From NCBI RefSeq assembly GCF_036321535.1, contig NC_087437.1, positions 4,526,001-4,590,000 on the forward strand: 64,000 nt of DNA, read 5' to 3'. This stretch comes from Camelus dromedarius (lineage: Eukaryota). Below are positions 35,911 through 48,410 of this stretch, in pieces; positions within the stretch are counted from its first letter, which is position 1; each line of letters begins with the position of its first letter. A program made the translations under genes and the position numbers. Below the pieces are notes generated by a model that worked only from the letters and a program-made list of their open reading frames with translations, was not told the origin of the DNA and did no database searches.

Positions 35911-37474
35911 AAACAGAACCAAATTCCTACACTTCTATCTCAACTGTCTGCCAGGTTATATAACATAGTGTTCAAGGAAAGCACTTTGAAAACTGCCCCA
36001 CATCTGAGCATACTGATGACACATCTCGAATTATTTTATTCTTCATTTATTATTGGACAAGACCACAAACTCCTTGGAGGGAGTGACGTTCTGTGCATCT
36101 GTGAGTCCCCACCGCCAGGACGGTGACTTGGAAACAGGTGCTTTTCCAAGCCCTGCACTAGCTAGGGACCTTGGCCGCCCGCTTCCCACCTCCTCTGGGA
36201 TGCAGCCTTCCTTCCCGGGGCCCTTCGGCACCACAGGTTGCCTGGGACACTTCAGCACAGCCAAAGGAGCAACAGACTCACTGAAAGGTCAGCCCCCTCC
36301 TCCAACCTATCTTCTGCCTCTGGGTCAGTGTGACTTGGCTTAATTTTAACTACCCGCTGCATGATCAACTCCAAAAGAACCCAAAGTCAGGGGGACGCAC
36401 AGGAAAATGAGGGCTTAATGCACCTCCCCGCTGAGCCTGGGGGACAGAGAACCTGAGGGGTCTGTTGCAACGCAAGTGCGCAGGGGTCCACACGGCCATG
36501 GCCAGCAGCCCCAGGCCAGAGCCAGCGTCACAGCAACCGGACACAGGAGCAGGCACACCCCAGGGCCCGGAGCCCAGGCCACGTCCAGGGAGCTCTGAGA
36601 AGGACCCTGAGCGCTTTAAATCCCCGGGCCTTGCTTTCCTCATCTGCAAGACGCAGACAGCAGATGCTACCTCGTGGGAGCCCCGAGGAGCAAGTGAGTT
36701 ATCACACGTGAAGAGCTCAGAACAGGCAGACAGTGAGCGGCGCAGACGTGTCAGCTGTCACAACCGCAGGAATGACGCCGAGTTAGCTCGTGGTGACCAA
36801 CCCCCAGGACGCGGGTGACCCTTAACTTAAGGAGAACTGCTGATCACCTGTGTGCATAACGTATCCGCCCATGCGCACAGACGTGTGTTTCCAGAGGACA
36901 TCCACAGCTTTCATCACATTCTCAAAGCAAAAATGATGGAGAGCTTAGCACGGGAGGGGCTGCCGGAGGGGTCTGCAGAAGGGACACTGACCTGCCGCTT
37001 CATGTTCATCAGGTCAGCAGGCAAAGGTAAAAGCCAAGCAGTGCTTCCAACAGCACCTCCCGCAGCGAGGGAAATGTTTTCTCTCTGTGCTGTCCCAAAA
37101 TAGCCGCCACCGGCCACCTGTGGCCACTGAGACTGAAAAACTGACCCCTGAGTTGTATTTCATGTCACTATTTCTATTTAAGAAGCCACACGTGGCTACC
37201 GTTCTGAGCGTCACGTTGCTGGTCAGCCTGGGGAGGAAAACATCACAGGCGAAGGGAACAGAATGTGCACGGATGCAGAACATCCCCACGATGCCCTCGG
37301 AGGTTGTGAGTGAGGCTGTGCAATGTACCGGGCAGCTGTGAGCAGGGGCGGGGCGGGCGCAGGTGGGGGCTCGGCGCAGAGGAGCAGATGCAGGGAGAAG
37401 AGGGGCTGGGGCAAATGGAAAAGCCTGTGTGCCGTGCTCAGAGCTGGGCTGGTCACCCCACACAGAAGAAGTGC

Positions 37475-38402
37475 TGTGTCGTGCAAGGTGCTCCAGAGAA
37501 ACAGAACCAATGGGATGTGTGTGCGCAGACGGTCCCCAGTTCACAATGGTTCGTTCGACTTGTAAGTTACCAACACAACAGTGGTGCAAAAGCAATAGGC
37601 ATTTGGTGGAAATTGTGCTCAGAATTTAGAATCTGGACCTTCCCTTGGGCTGGACGTGCAGGACCACCCCCTCTCCCAGCCTGGGAAGCGGCAGCTTCCA
37701 GTCCTGTCAGCTACGCAGTCACGAGGGCGAACAACCCAGACAAGTACGACCACCTGGACCCAGACACGTTCTGTACTTCACTCTCAGTACAGTATTCATA
37801 ACCTACATGAGAAATTCAACCCTCTACTATAAAAGAGGCCTTGTGTTAGAGGGTTTTGCCTCACTGTTGGCTCATGTAAGTGTTCCGAGCACGTGTGAGG
37901 TGGGCGAGGCTGGGTTGTGACGCTTGGCAGGTGAGGGGTATTAAATGCATTTTCAACGTAGCATAGTTTCAACTTAGGATGGTTCATCAGGATGTAGGCC
38001 CATGGTGAACTGAGGAAGATCTGTGTACAGAAAGAGGTTTTATTTTAAGGAATCAGCTCATGTGACAATGGAGGGTGGCAGTCCCCAGTCTGCAAGGTGG
38101 GCCAGCAGTGGAGAGAACCAGAGAGGAGCTGGTGCTGCAAGGCAAGTCCGCAGACCGTCAGCAATGCAGGTTCCCCTTGCTCAGAGGGAGGTCAATCTTC
38201 TCCTCCATCCAGGCCTTCAACTGATTGGATGAGGCCCACCCACATCACAGAGGGCAGTCTGCTTTACTCAAGTCCACGGATGGAAATGTGAATCGCACCC
38301 CAAGTCCAATAAACACCCTCACAGAAAAATGCAGAATAACATTTGACCACCTACCTGGGTACTGCAGCCCAGCCAAGTCAACACCTAAAATTAACCATCA
38401 TA
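37475..38402 (-). mobile_element. MLT2-like (ERVL) solo LTR, interrupted by a DNA transposon
   Basis: ctccagagaaacagaaccaatggga at one end; ggccttcaactgattggatgaggcccacccacat and cagccaagtcaacacctaaaattaaccatca at the other. Confidence 0.8.
37526..38023 (-). mobile_element. MER47/Tigger5-like TcMar DNA transposon nested in the LTR
   Basis: 24-bp imperfect TIRs CAGACGGTCCCCAGTTCACAATGG / revcomp CAGATCTTCCTCAGTTCACCATGG; internal tgtaagtgttccgagcacg and tattaaatgcattttcaac. Confidence 0.75.
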
Positions 38403-40639
38403 CACAATGTTTTGAGCTGAACCACTAGCAAAACTGACTTTGGCAAGATCCAGTTGGGAAGTATGGGGAAGAAGTGGAGAAGGGGGCACTGGGAGGCAGG
38501 AATACCAACTGAAAGGCGATTTCAGTCATCCAGGCAAGACACAAGGGCTTCCACCAAAGAAGTGGCAACAGGAAATGCGTCATCTAATTAGTATTTGATA
38601 AAAGAAAGTTTGAATGGATTCTGCAACGTGACAAAACCACACAAGTGTGTGCACGCACATACACACGCACACACCCTTTATGGGAAGCTAGCATTTCCTC
38701 CTAGGACTCCACCACAATATAAAGGAAAGGAAGTTTTCTACGTAGCAGAAAGGGACGGAAATGATGGAGCAGAGAGATACGGGGCACTTCCCTCCTCAGA
38801 GGAGCCCTGGGCCTGCTCTGTGGGTCGTACACGCCCACCTCGAACTCCTGCCAACCAAGAGGCTTTCTAGAAGTAAACCACAGCACAGACATGACAGAGC
38901 TGGTCAGCTGCCTCCCAACATCCATGGTTCCCTTCATCCTTAGAAACCACCTTGCTAGTTAAAAAAACACCAAGCCAAGCCTTCCTTGCAGCTACCCAAG
39001 ACTATGTGACTCAGTTCTGACAATGAAACAGAAGAGGGTGTTGGCTGGGACTTCCAACCGGACTCTTTACAATAGAAGGGACATATGTTCCTTCCCCTTC
39101 CTCTTTTTCTCCTTCTGTCCTGAAATGCACATGTGATGGCTGGAGCTCCTGGAGCCACTTTGGACCATGAGGTGACTTTAAGGGTGAGACTTACATCCTA
39201 GGATTGAGTACTAAATAGAACACTGGATCTCAGATGACCATGCACTCCTGGCATTAACTTAGATTGCCTAATTAAGGACTCCTTTTAGGTGAAAGAAGAT
39301 ACCTTTGTGGTTTAGGTCACAGTTTCTAAGTCCTCTGTTACTTGCAGACAATGCCATTCTTGGTTGACATAAGATAAAGCCATTGTTTTATGCATAAGGC
39401 AATAGAAATTTCAGAATTTCAGGCTGCATAAGTTCACCTTTTTATTTCCTCACAGCTTTGGGGTCGGGATGGGACCAGACAGATGAGGAATCTACATGAA
39501 CTAACACAATGCCTTACATCTCGTGGCTTCCTTCCAACAAGAGCCCACTACACATGCCTTCAACCACCTTGGCTGAGGGTCCAGGGTCAGCATGAAAACG
39601 GACCTCCCAGTTTTCTCAGTATAAAGAGCACCTTCACTCGCCTGGCCTGAGCCTGAGATCAAGAGACTTCCAGTCAAAGAGTGCAAGAACCTGAGAAGAT
39701 GCAACGTGATTTTTAGAAATAAAAAAGGCTGGGCACCTTCCCTGCAGGATGGTGCTTTGCCCAAAGGCTGGGGAATGCACTTGAGAACTGGTAATGAATT
39801 GATGAACAAATGGTGTATTTTTCTTTAACTTACATTTAAACTACTCCTTCAAAGTGAGGCTTCCTAAAGCCAGCTGGTCCTTAACAGAAGCCAAAAAAAA
39901 AAAAAAAAAAATCTCAGACTCAGTCACTTAGCTGAGAAACCCCATTTCCTCTTCGAAGCAAGAGGTTGCGGAGTAGAACAGGAGGTGAGTGCGCTGAGGG
40001 CTTGTCTGGTCGCACAGAACACCCCTACGTGCCTGCACAGGAAGCCACAACCCCTCCAGGGCTCTCAGTGCGCTGAATTCAGGAACCCTGAGGAGTGAGG
40101 CGACTCTGAAACTACTTTCTCCATCTGGCTGATGACTCTACACCACAACTTCCCTCCTCTGCAGGGCTGCCAGATTCAGCCAAGGGAAAGAGCAGACTCC
40201 CAGTTCAATCTGGATTTCAGGTAAGCAAATAACCAGGTTTAGTTAAGTGGGTCCCCAGTATTGCAAGGAACAGAGAGATGCTAAAAAAAAAAAAGTGATC
40301 TGAAATTCGAATTGAACTGGGTATCCTGGGTTCCATCTGCCAACCCGACCTTTGGCTGAAACCCCACAAGGACCTTCCATCATGCGGAAACGAAAACCCA
40401 GTCCGAGGCCCGGGCCCCTCGGCACTTCCCTCTTGGTGGGATGAGTGTGGTTTCAAGGAGCTCTTGCTGGGTGACAAGCCCCAAGCTGGAACCAGCGCCC
40501 CATCAGACCAGAAGCAGGGCATCCCAAGCCACAGGAGTGTCTTAAAGCTGAACCAGTTGAACATCCAGAGACCATCAATCTCCAATCCTACTGCCACCCA
40601 CTTCTGAGAGTGAACAAGTCCGCCCGATTCTTAGGGAGA

Positions 40640-40812
40640 GACTTTCCTAGAAGGGAAGATGGGCCATGACGTCACCCTGGGAGGGGTGGGGGAGGGAGAA
40701 AGAAAAGGAGGAAAGCAGGGTGGGCAGAGGGTGTCCCCAGGCAAGGAGAGGGAGCGGAAGATAAGTCACCACTGGCTGGGGACCAAACCTGGTTGCCTAG
40801 CAACATAAAAGG
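40640..40812. promoter_or_regulatory. Candidate intronic enhancer or promoter (STAT/BCL6, CRE, ETS, GATA and RFX motifs)
   Basis: TTCCTAGAA 40644-40652, TGACGTCA 40667-40674, GCGGAAG 40754-40760, AGATAA 40759-40764, GTTGCCTAGCAAC 40792-40804. Confidence 0.45.
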
Positions 40813-41934
40813 ACCCCCTGGGCTGACAAACCTGGTAGCAAAAATACATCCCATACTCTGATTTTCCTCTCCCTTCTAGGGAATGCCAGGGGTTCACGGG
40901 GTTGGGGATGGAGGGGCACGCCACTGACAAGAGACGGACGTGGGGAGGGAGAAAAGAAAAAGAGAAACATCCAAGGAGCCTCGTGGTTTCAGATACGGCC
41001 CAGAACCCATATCCTCTTTCCCCTCCAGTTGCTGTCCCAAGGCGACAAACCCCAGTGTCTGCCTCAGACAGCCCAGCACCCACCAAGCAGCACTTCCAGG
41101 CATCTGCCAGGCCTCAGTGAGAGGCCACCGAAAGGAAAGCGGACTGTCCCCGACAAGCTCGGGCAGTGCCTCCATCTTCATCCTGCCCGGCTGAGACCCT
41201 GGGCCCCACTGGACCCCACTTCTGGCTTTCCGCCGCCCACTTGGCAGGAAAGGGTCAAGAGCCAGTGGCCCTCGCACCACAGAAGAAAAAACCTCAGATC
41301 AGCCACACCCCCTGCCCTGGTAGAGGACAGAGGACACTGTGGGCAGCGCCAGCCTGGAGGAGGTACAGCCACAGGTGGGCCCTTCGGACGAAGCCTCCAA
41401 GCCTGGATACCTGCTCTGCATCAGGGGCCTTGAGCCTGGGTCAGAGGCGGCCCCTCGTCCCACCACGGACCCCATCCTGGTGCACCTGACTCCTCCCCAG
41501 AATCACCAACCAAGACCACAAGGTGCAGTCCTGCGGGCAAGGGAGGGTTAACAGCCCGTTGTCCTCCAGCCGCACATCACCAGGATGTCACCAGCAACTC
41601 TGCATCCAGGCAGGCGCCCCGCCACTCAGCTGCCTGCCCTCCACCCAGGCAGCCTGGGTGACACGGTTCCCAGGAACTGGCCTGTGGCCGGCCAGTGGGA
41701 ACGTGGTCAGGGCCATGGGGATGGACGTCAATGACCCAGACCTCCTCACCTGAGTCCCACAGGGAGAGGGCTCAGGGGAAACAAGTGACTGGGAAGAGGG
41801 GAGGCAGGACAAACGTGCACTGAGGTCCCAGGAGGGGAAGCCGTTTCACAGGGCCACCAATTACTCTGAAAGAGCCTCCCGTTACCCTGGGCAGAAAAAG
41901 CGGAGAAATAACTGCAGATGAGCTTAAAATTTCC

Positions 41935-41997
41935 CTAGAGCACAGGGAGCTTTATTCAGTAGCTTATAACAGACTATAATAAAAAGAATATGGAAAA

Positions 41998-42032
<35 letters not shown>

Positions 42033-42101
42033 TGAATCACTATGCTGTACACCAGAAATTAACACAACATTGTGAATTAACTATACTTCAATTTAAAAAA
42101 A
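41935..42101 (+). mobile_element. L1 3' end containing a (TA)n microsatellite (42001-42029)
   Basis: agagcacagggagctttattcag...actgaatcactatgctgtacaccagaaattaacacaacattgtg. Confidence 0.85.
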
Positions 42102-42534
42102 TAACCTCCCTTTTAGCCCTACAAGTCAACTACTCCCCTTACCTGTTCCCCCAAGATGTGTCAGCGTGTAGTCAGTCAGCCGGGCGTCCCAGCTGCCCCT
42201 AAAGACTGTCAAAGTGCCGGCCCCAGGCAGCAAGCAGCTGCCGGAAGCAGGGTGACGTAGGTTCGAATCTTTGCTCCTTTCCTTGAGAGGTCTGAATCTG
42301 GGCACGTGACTCTACCTCCAGGACTCTCAGCCACTGCTCCCGCTGGGAGATGGCAGTAATAATACCACCACCTTGTAAACTCCTGTGAGGCCCTGATTAG
42401 CTCACAGTAAGGGACCCACCTCCCCAGGCCCAGCATCTGGTCAATGAGGTCTTTGGGGGCCCCTTGAATAACCTGACTCCTCTACACCTGTTTTCTCTCC
42501 TCTGAAAAAAATGTTAAAAGTACTTCCCTGGTGC

Positions 42535-43522
42535 ACAGCATAAATCTCCTAGAAGAGAACATAGGCAAAACATTTTCTGACATGAATTGTAGCAATGTTC
42601 TCCTAGGTCATTCTCCCAAGGTGATAGAAATAAAAGCAAAAATAAACCAGTGGGACCTACTCAAACTTGGAAGCTTTCACACAGCCAAGGAAACCATAAA
42701 CAAAATGAAAAAACAACCTATGGACTGGGAGAAAATATTTGCAAATGATGTGACTGATGGTGGCTTAATTTCCAGAATATATAAACATCTCATAGAAGTC
42801 AGTAACAGAACACAAACAACCCAATCCAAAAAATGGGCAGAAGACCTAAGCAGACATTTCACCAATGAATACATACAGATAGCCAATAAGCACATAAAAA
42901 GCTGCTCAATATCGCTAATTATCAGAGAAATGCAAATCAAAACTACAATGATGTATCACCTCACACCAGTCAGAATGCCCATCATTCAAAAGTTCACAAA
43001 TGATAAATGCTGCAGAGGGTGTGAAGAAAAGGGAACCCTCCTACACTGCTGGTGGGAATATAATTTGGTGCAGCCACAGTGGAAAACAGTATGGACATCC
43101 CTTAAAAAATCAAAACAGACTTACCATATGATCCAGCCATCCTGCTCCTGGACATATATCCAGAGAAAACTCTAATTTGAAAAGGCACATGTATCCCAGT
43201 GTTCACAGCAGCACTATTTACAACAGCCAAGACATGGAAACAACCTAAATGTCCATTAACAGACGACTGGATAAAGAAGTTGTGGTATATTTATACAATG
43301 GAATACTACTCAGCCATAAAAAGAATGAAATAATGCCATTTGCAGCAACATGGATGGACCTAGAGATTACCATCCTAAGTGAAGTAAGCCAGGAAAAAGA
43401 AAAACACCATAAGATATTACTCATATGTGGAATCTAAAAAAAAAAAAGAAGAAGAAAAGAAAGAAAAAGAAATGAAGAAAGAAACGAAGAAAAGAAAGAA
43501 ATGAAAAGAAAGAAGAAAGAAA

Positions 43523-43574
<52 letters not shown>

Positions 43575-43945
43575 GAAGAAAGAAAGGAAGAAAGAAAGAA
43601 AGAAAAGAGGACACTAATGAACTCATCTACAAAAGAGAAACAGACCCATGGACATAGTAAAAAGGCTTATGGTTTCCAAGGCAAAGGGGGTGGAAAGGGA
43701 TAAATTTGGTAGTTTGAGACTTGCAAATGTTAGCCACTATATATTAAAATAGATTTAAAAAAACAAATTTCTTCTGTATAGCACAGGGAACTATATTCAA
43801 TTCCTTCTAATAACCTTTAATGAAAAAGAATGTGAAAATGAATATATGTATGTATATGCATGACTGGGACATTGTGCTGTATACTAGAAATTGACACATT
43901 GTAACTGACTATAATTCAATTTTTAAAAATTTTAAAAAGAAAAGA
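42535..43945 (+). mobile_element. 5'-truncated L1 (degenerate ORF2 C-terminus and 3' UTR)
   Basis: ORF 42531..43175 LLEENIGKT...KAKINQWDLLKL...DWEKIFAND...[11 protein letters not shown]...[11 protein letters not shown]; frameshifted downstream. Confidence 0.95.
43436..43607 (+). repeat. A-tract / (GAAA)n purine-rich microsatellite inside the L1 3' UTR
   Basis: About 170 bp of near-pure A/G with a (GAAA)n core. Confidence 0.95.
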
Positions 43946-44411
43946 ATGAATTAGAAGGGAAGAAAAACCCTGGACAAGTTAGGAGTACAAGCTGTACTTG
44001 GCGTACCCTTGCATTTTCTCGCCACCTCTGCAGAGCCCTGGCTTCCCCCTCGCCACTTCCGCAAACCAGATCAACATCGAGATTCCCCAGCAAAGGAAGA
44101 CCACAGCCCTCTGGCCCTCTTGCAGTTACCATCAGAATTCAGGGGACAATGTGATGCACCTGGTCCGTTTCATGTCATTGGAAACCAGATTCCCCATCCA
44201 TTCAAGGTCCCCCTACTCATCCCTTTGGGCTTGGAGGGTGCTCATCAGTCAGAAGGTAAGTCATCACTTCTGACCCTCTGCCACGTTTTATCTCTAACAG
44301 CAACTCCATACGTACCCACCTGCCTGGGTCACCCTTCCGCCCTCACCATCCCTACCTCTTCCATGTCCCTTCCCAGCCCGTCCAGAACTGTTTCTTCTTC
44401 TACCCATAGGA

Positions 44412-44666
44412 TTTTTTTTCAATTTTATTTTTTATTGAGATGTAGTTGATTTACAATGTTAGTTTCAGGTATACAGCAAAGCAATTGAGTTATATACATA
44501 TACCTACATACATACACATCTTCAGGTTCTTTTACATAAAATGTATGTACATACATACTACAAGGTATGGAGTATAGTTCCCTGTGCTATACAAGAGGTC
44601 CTTGTTATTCATCTACTTTATGTATAGTAGTGTGTATCTGTTTATTCAGAACTCCTAATTTATCAG
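44412..44666 (-). mobile_element. L1 3' end fragment
   Basis: ttgagatgtagttgatttacaatgttagtttcaggtatacagc...tatagttccctgtgctatac. Confidence 0.85.
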
Positions 44667-45098
44667 ATTGCAAAAATGGCTATAATACTTTGCAGGTGGA
44701 GTTTATTTTCCCCCTATCTCTTGAATTTGGACTAGCCATGTGACATACTCTGCCCAATAGGACATTAGGAGATGTGATGCCCGCAGAGGCTTGAAAAGGG
44801 CCCGCCCTTTTTGTTCCTGGAATCCCAGCACCATGTGAAGAAGCCCACTAGCCTCCTGGATGAGACACACATGGTCCAGTCGCCCCTGACACCTCAGCTG
44901 ACAACCAGCCAACTGCCGGACAGATGAAGCCAACCCAGGTCTGCCAGCCCCCAGCCAACCCTCCTCCTGACTGCATATGGATGAGATCGGCCAAACCTGA
45001 GGTCAGAAGACCTGCTCAGCAAAATCATGAGCTAAATACATGTTGTAAGCCACTGAGTTTGGGGGTAGTTTGTTTCACAGCAAAAGCTAACTGATACA
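44667..45098 (+). mobile_element. MLT1-like (MaLR) LTR
   Basis: caccatgtgaagaagccc...tgttgtaagccactgagtttgggggtagtttgtttcacagcaaaagctaactgataca terminus. Confidence 0.75.
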
Positions 45099-45434
45099 CA
45101 ACTCCATTTTACAAATGAAGAAACTGAGGCACAGAAATGAAGGAATCTGCTGAGGTCCCACAGCCATTAAGTGGGAAGCTGGGATTCAAAGCCAGGCAGT
45201 TTGGCTCAGAGACCACACTCAGCAGCTACCCCAAAGCTAAGTCACTCTCCACGTTTCAAACATTTCTCCACACACCTCCCCAAAGGGGCTTAGAGGACGT
45301 GGACTTACCCGATCCTTCAAACACCAAACAGGCAACTCTCACCCCTAAATAATTCTCATTACTTGGCACTAACGCTACCCTTCAGGGCTGCAAAGCCTTC
45401 TAACACGTTCCAACCACTAAAAATCAAAAGGGTT

Positions 45435-46275
45435 GCCCACAAGTCCACCAGATGGACGAACGAATAAACACCATGTGGTCTACACATACAATGGAATATC
45501 AGAACAGCCTTAAAAAGGAGTGAAATTCCAACACAGGCTACAGCATGGATGGCCCTCAAGGACATTGAGCTCCATGCAAAAAGCCCGTCAGAAAAGGACA
45601 AACTCCGCTTGACCCCACTTACGTGGGGGACTTAGGGGAGTCAAAGTCATTGAGACAGAAAGTAGATGGTGGTTGCCAAAGCCTGGGGGGAGGGAGGAAT
45701 GGGGAGTTACTGTTTAATGGTACAGAGTCTGGGAAGATGAAAAAGTTTTGAAGATGGATATTGGTGGGGGCTGTGCAGCAATACGAATGTACTTCATGCT
45801 CCCGACTGTACAATTTGAAATAGAACGAAACAGAAACAGACTCACAGACATAGAATACAAACTTGTGGTTGTCAAGGGGGCGAGGGGTGGGCAGCGACAG
45901 ACTGGGAGTTCAAAATTTTGTAGATACTGACAGGCATATGCGGAATAGATAAACTAGATTATACTGTATAGCACAGGGAAATATATACAGGATCTTGTGG
46001 TGGCTCGCAGCAGAAAAAAAAATGTGACAATGAATATATGTACGTTCATGTATAACTGAAAAATTGTGCTCTACACTGGAATTTGACACAACATTGTAAA
46101 ATGACTATAACTCAATTTAAAAAATGTTAAAAAATAAATAAATGTAACTGGTGGTAAGTTAAATACATACATACATACATAAATAAAAACATGCCAAAAA
46201 TAAATAAATAATAAAATAAAATAGTTAAAACAGTAAATCCTATGTTAAATGTGGTTTACTGCTATTTTTTTAAAA
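45435..46275 (+). mobile_element. Old L1M-type 3' end (45435-45822 and about 46220-46275) interrupted by a younger L1 3' end (about 45823-46215)
   Basis: Old part: gagacagaaagtagatggtggttgcc...ggggagttactgtttaatgg; young part: cagaaacagactcacagacatagaatacaaactt...; old part resumes aaaatagttaaaacagtaaatcctatgtta. Confidence 0.8.
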
Positions 46276-48019
46276 GGAAAAAAATAACAAGGGTGGGGAC
46301 TGGCAGGGATAATGACATGTCTACGGCTAGCATCAGACCAGTTAGAACCCAGGGAGCACAGTAAGCAGGAAACTCTCCACCACTCAAGTCCACGGAGTCA
46401 CTCAGGCTCCACCCCCTCGTCAGAAGGTCCCCGCAACACACAGAACGGCCAGATGGCTGGCAGATATGTCAAAGCCACCTTCAAAACAAGCTCTGGCTCG
46501 CGGACAAAAACCCTCAAATAAATCAAAGCCGGTTTCCTGCCTCCACCCTGGCCCGGGCGGGTAGGGGAGTATTCTGCCTCCTCTTGGCAGAATTTGGACT
46601 AGGTTCAAGATCACAGGTCTGGATCTGACTCACTGGTAGGAAAACGAGTTGACATTGGGAACAGCAGAGTTCGTGCAAATTCTGGATGAGCAGACACGAT
46701 TTCTACTGGCCCAACAATTACACAACTCTGTACATTCTCCACGGAAAACCAAGAGGTAGAAATCTTTCCCTTTGCAAGTCTCTGCTGTTCCGCTGAGACT
46801 CTGGGTGGGTGGATTCCAGACATTATGAAACCACCACTACAGGATGATCTCTTACTGAAAAACAAAAGAGGAGACACACATCAAATATCAACAGAAGGCG
46901 TGGGGACTTTTCTTCTTTTTGTCGATTTTCTGAATTTTCTACAATGTTTAAAAAATGAAACCAAAATGCAACCTCATGCAGAGACTCTGCCGTCAAACCT
47001 GATCTAAGTCCTCAGGACACCTCGGGACTCTCGTGGTCCACAACCATCACTGTCTCACCATTTTCATAGAGATGAGGATGCTGACACTCTGAGAATGCAC
47101 TGCCTCCGATACACACCGGGAAGAGGTGCTCTGAAGGCATCTCTCAGAGACCGTCCTGCTACACACAGTTGGAGGTATTTATAAATATAGAAAGGAAGGG
47201 GTAGGCGTAAGACCAGAGGAAGAAAACAGGAAGCCCCGCTTGGCAGCAGCTGGAGGAGGCCCCACCCCCTGCACCATCGGGAAGAGCAGAGGATGCTGGT
47301 GCACCGACAGACTCGGCCACCCGTCCGAGCCGAGACACCCTCCACCCGCAGAGATGAAATGGGACATCTGCGCCCAGCCTCCGCCTTTGAGGCCCTTCCG
47401 GCTCCTCGGCTGGAGACCAACAAGGTCCCGTGGGGGTTGAGGGGTGAGGTCACACTGAGCCTTTTCCGCCCTTCTTCTGGCCCACCTGCAAGGAGGCAGG
47501 AGTTTCAGGGGAGGGTGTGCAGGCATAGAGCGGGCAGGATGCCCTCATCATTTATCCTGGGCTCTGCCAGCTGACAGAGAGTCACTCAGCCCCAGGTCTT
47601 TATCACCTGATGAGACCTGATGACTCAGTGGCTTGTCCACTGTCCTCATTGGCCAAGAGAAGAGATGAAAGGCAGGCGTAAAGCTGCAATTCACCGCTGC
47701 CTGGCCGTGGGACCCCCCCCCCCAGCCCACCTCCCTCCTACCTCTCTCCATCAAAGAGGACTGGGCTGCGGGGAAAACAAAAGAGGGGGTGTGACATCTA
47801 TTCCAGATGTGTCACAGCCAGCTGGGGACCCACCCGCCAAATTCGATCTGAAGGAGCCAACCCAGATAAAGCTGGATTTGCCAGTCAGGTTCCTACCCCT
47901 GTGCTCACCTAGCCACGCGGCAGGGAAGAAGCTTTGAGTAAAGTGGCCGCAGAGAGGGAAAGGTTGGGATGTCAAGGGTGGGTGGGTGGGTGGGAGGAAC
48001 AGCTGGTCAACCTTGTCAT

Positions 48020-48410
48020 GCATTCATTGGTTCACTTAATCATCTGCTCAAGATTTGAACACCTTCCATATGCAGGCAGTGCAGACAAGGCCATGAACTG
48101 AACAGACCAAATTCCCTGTCGGGGAGTTTGTAGAGTTTCACCACAATATACAAGTGAACAGTAACAGTTCAGGGGTGAGAACTGCTATGGGGAAAAGGCA
48201 AATCAAGGAACAGGGGCTGCAGTGGCAGAGATGGTGGTTGGGCAGTTATCACTGAAATGTTAGCCCAGGAAGGCCGTGTGGGTACAGTGACATCTGAGCA
48301 GAAACCTGGAGGAGATGAGAGAGTGAACTATGCAAATCCTGGGGACAAGACAACACCAAACAGAGGGGCCGGCAAGTTCAAAGACTCCAAGATGAGAGCA
48401 CGTCTGGCGT
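48020..48410. mobile_element. L2-like LINE remnant
   Basis: cattcattggttcac...gaacagaccaaattccctgtc...cagtgacatctgagcagaaacctggaggagatgag; related decayed blocks at about 800-960, 3900-5050 and 50900-51270. Confidence 0.55.

Noticed and set aside
34653..43437. L1 ORF2-like ORFs as active or domesticated genes
   Set aside because: 5'-truncated C-terminal fragments without endonuclease or RT domains, with frameshifts and stops.
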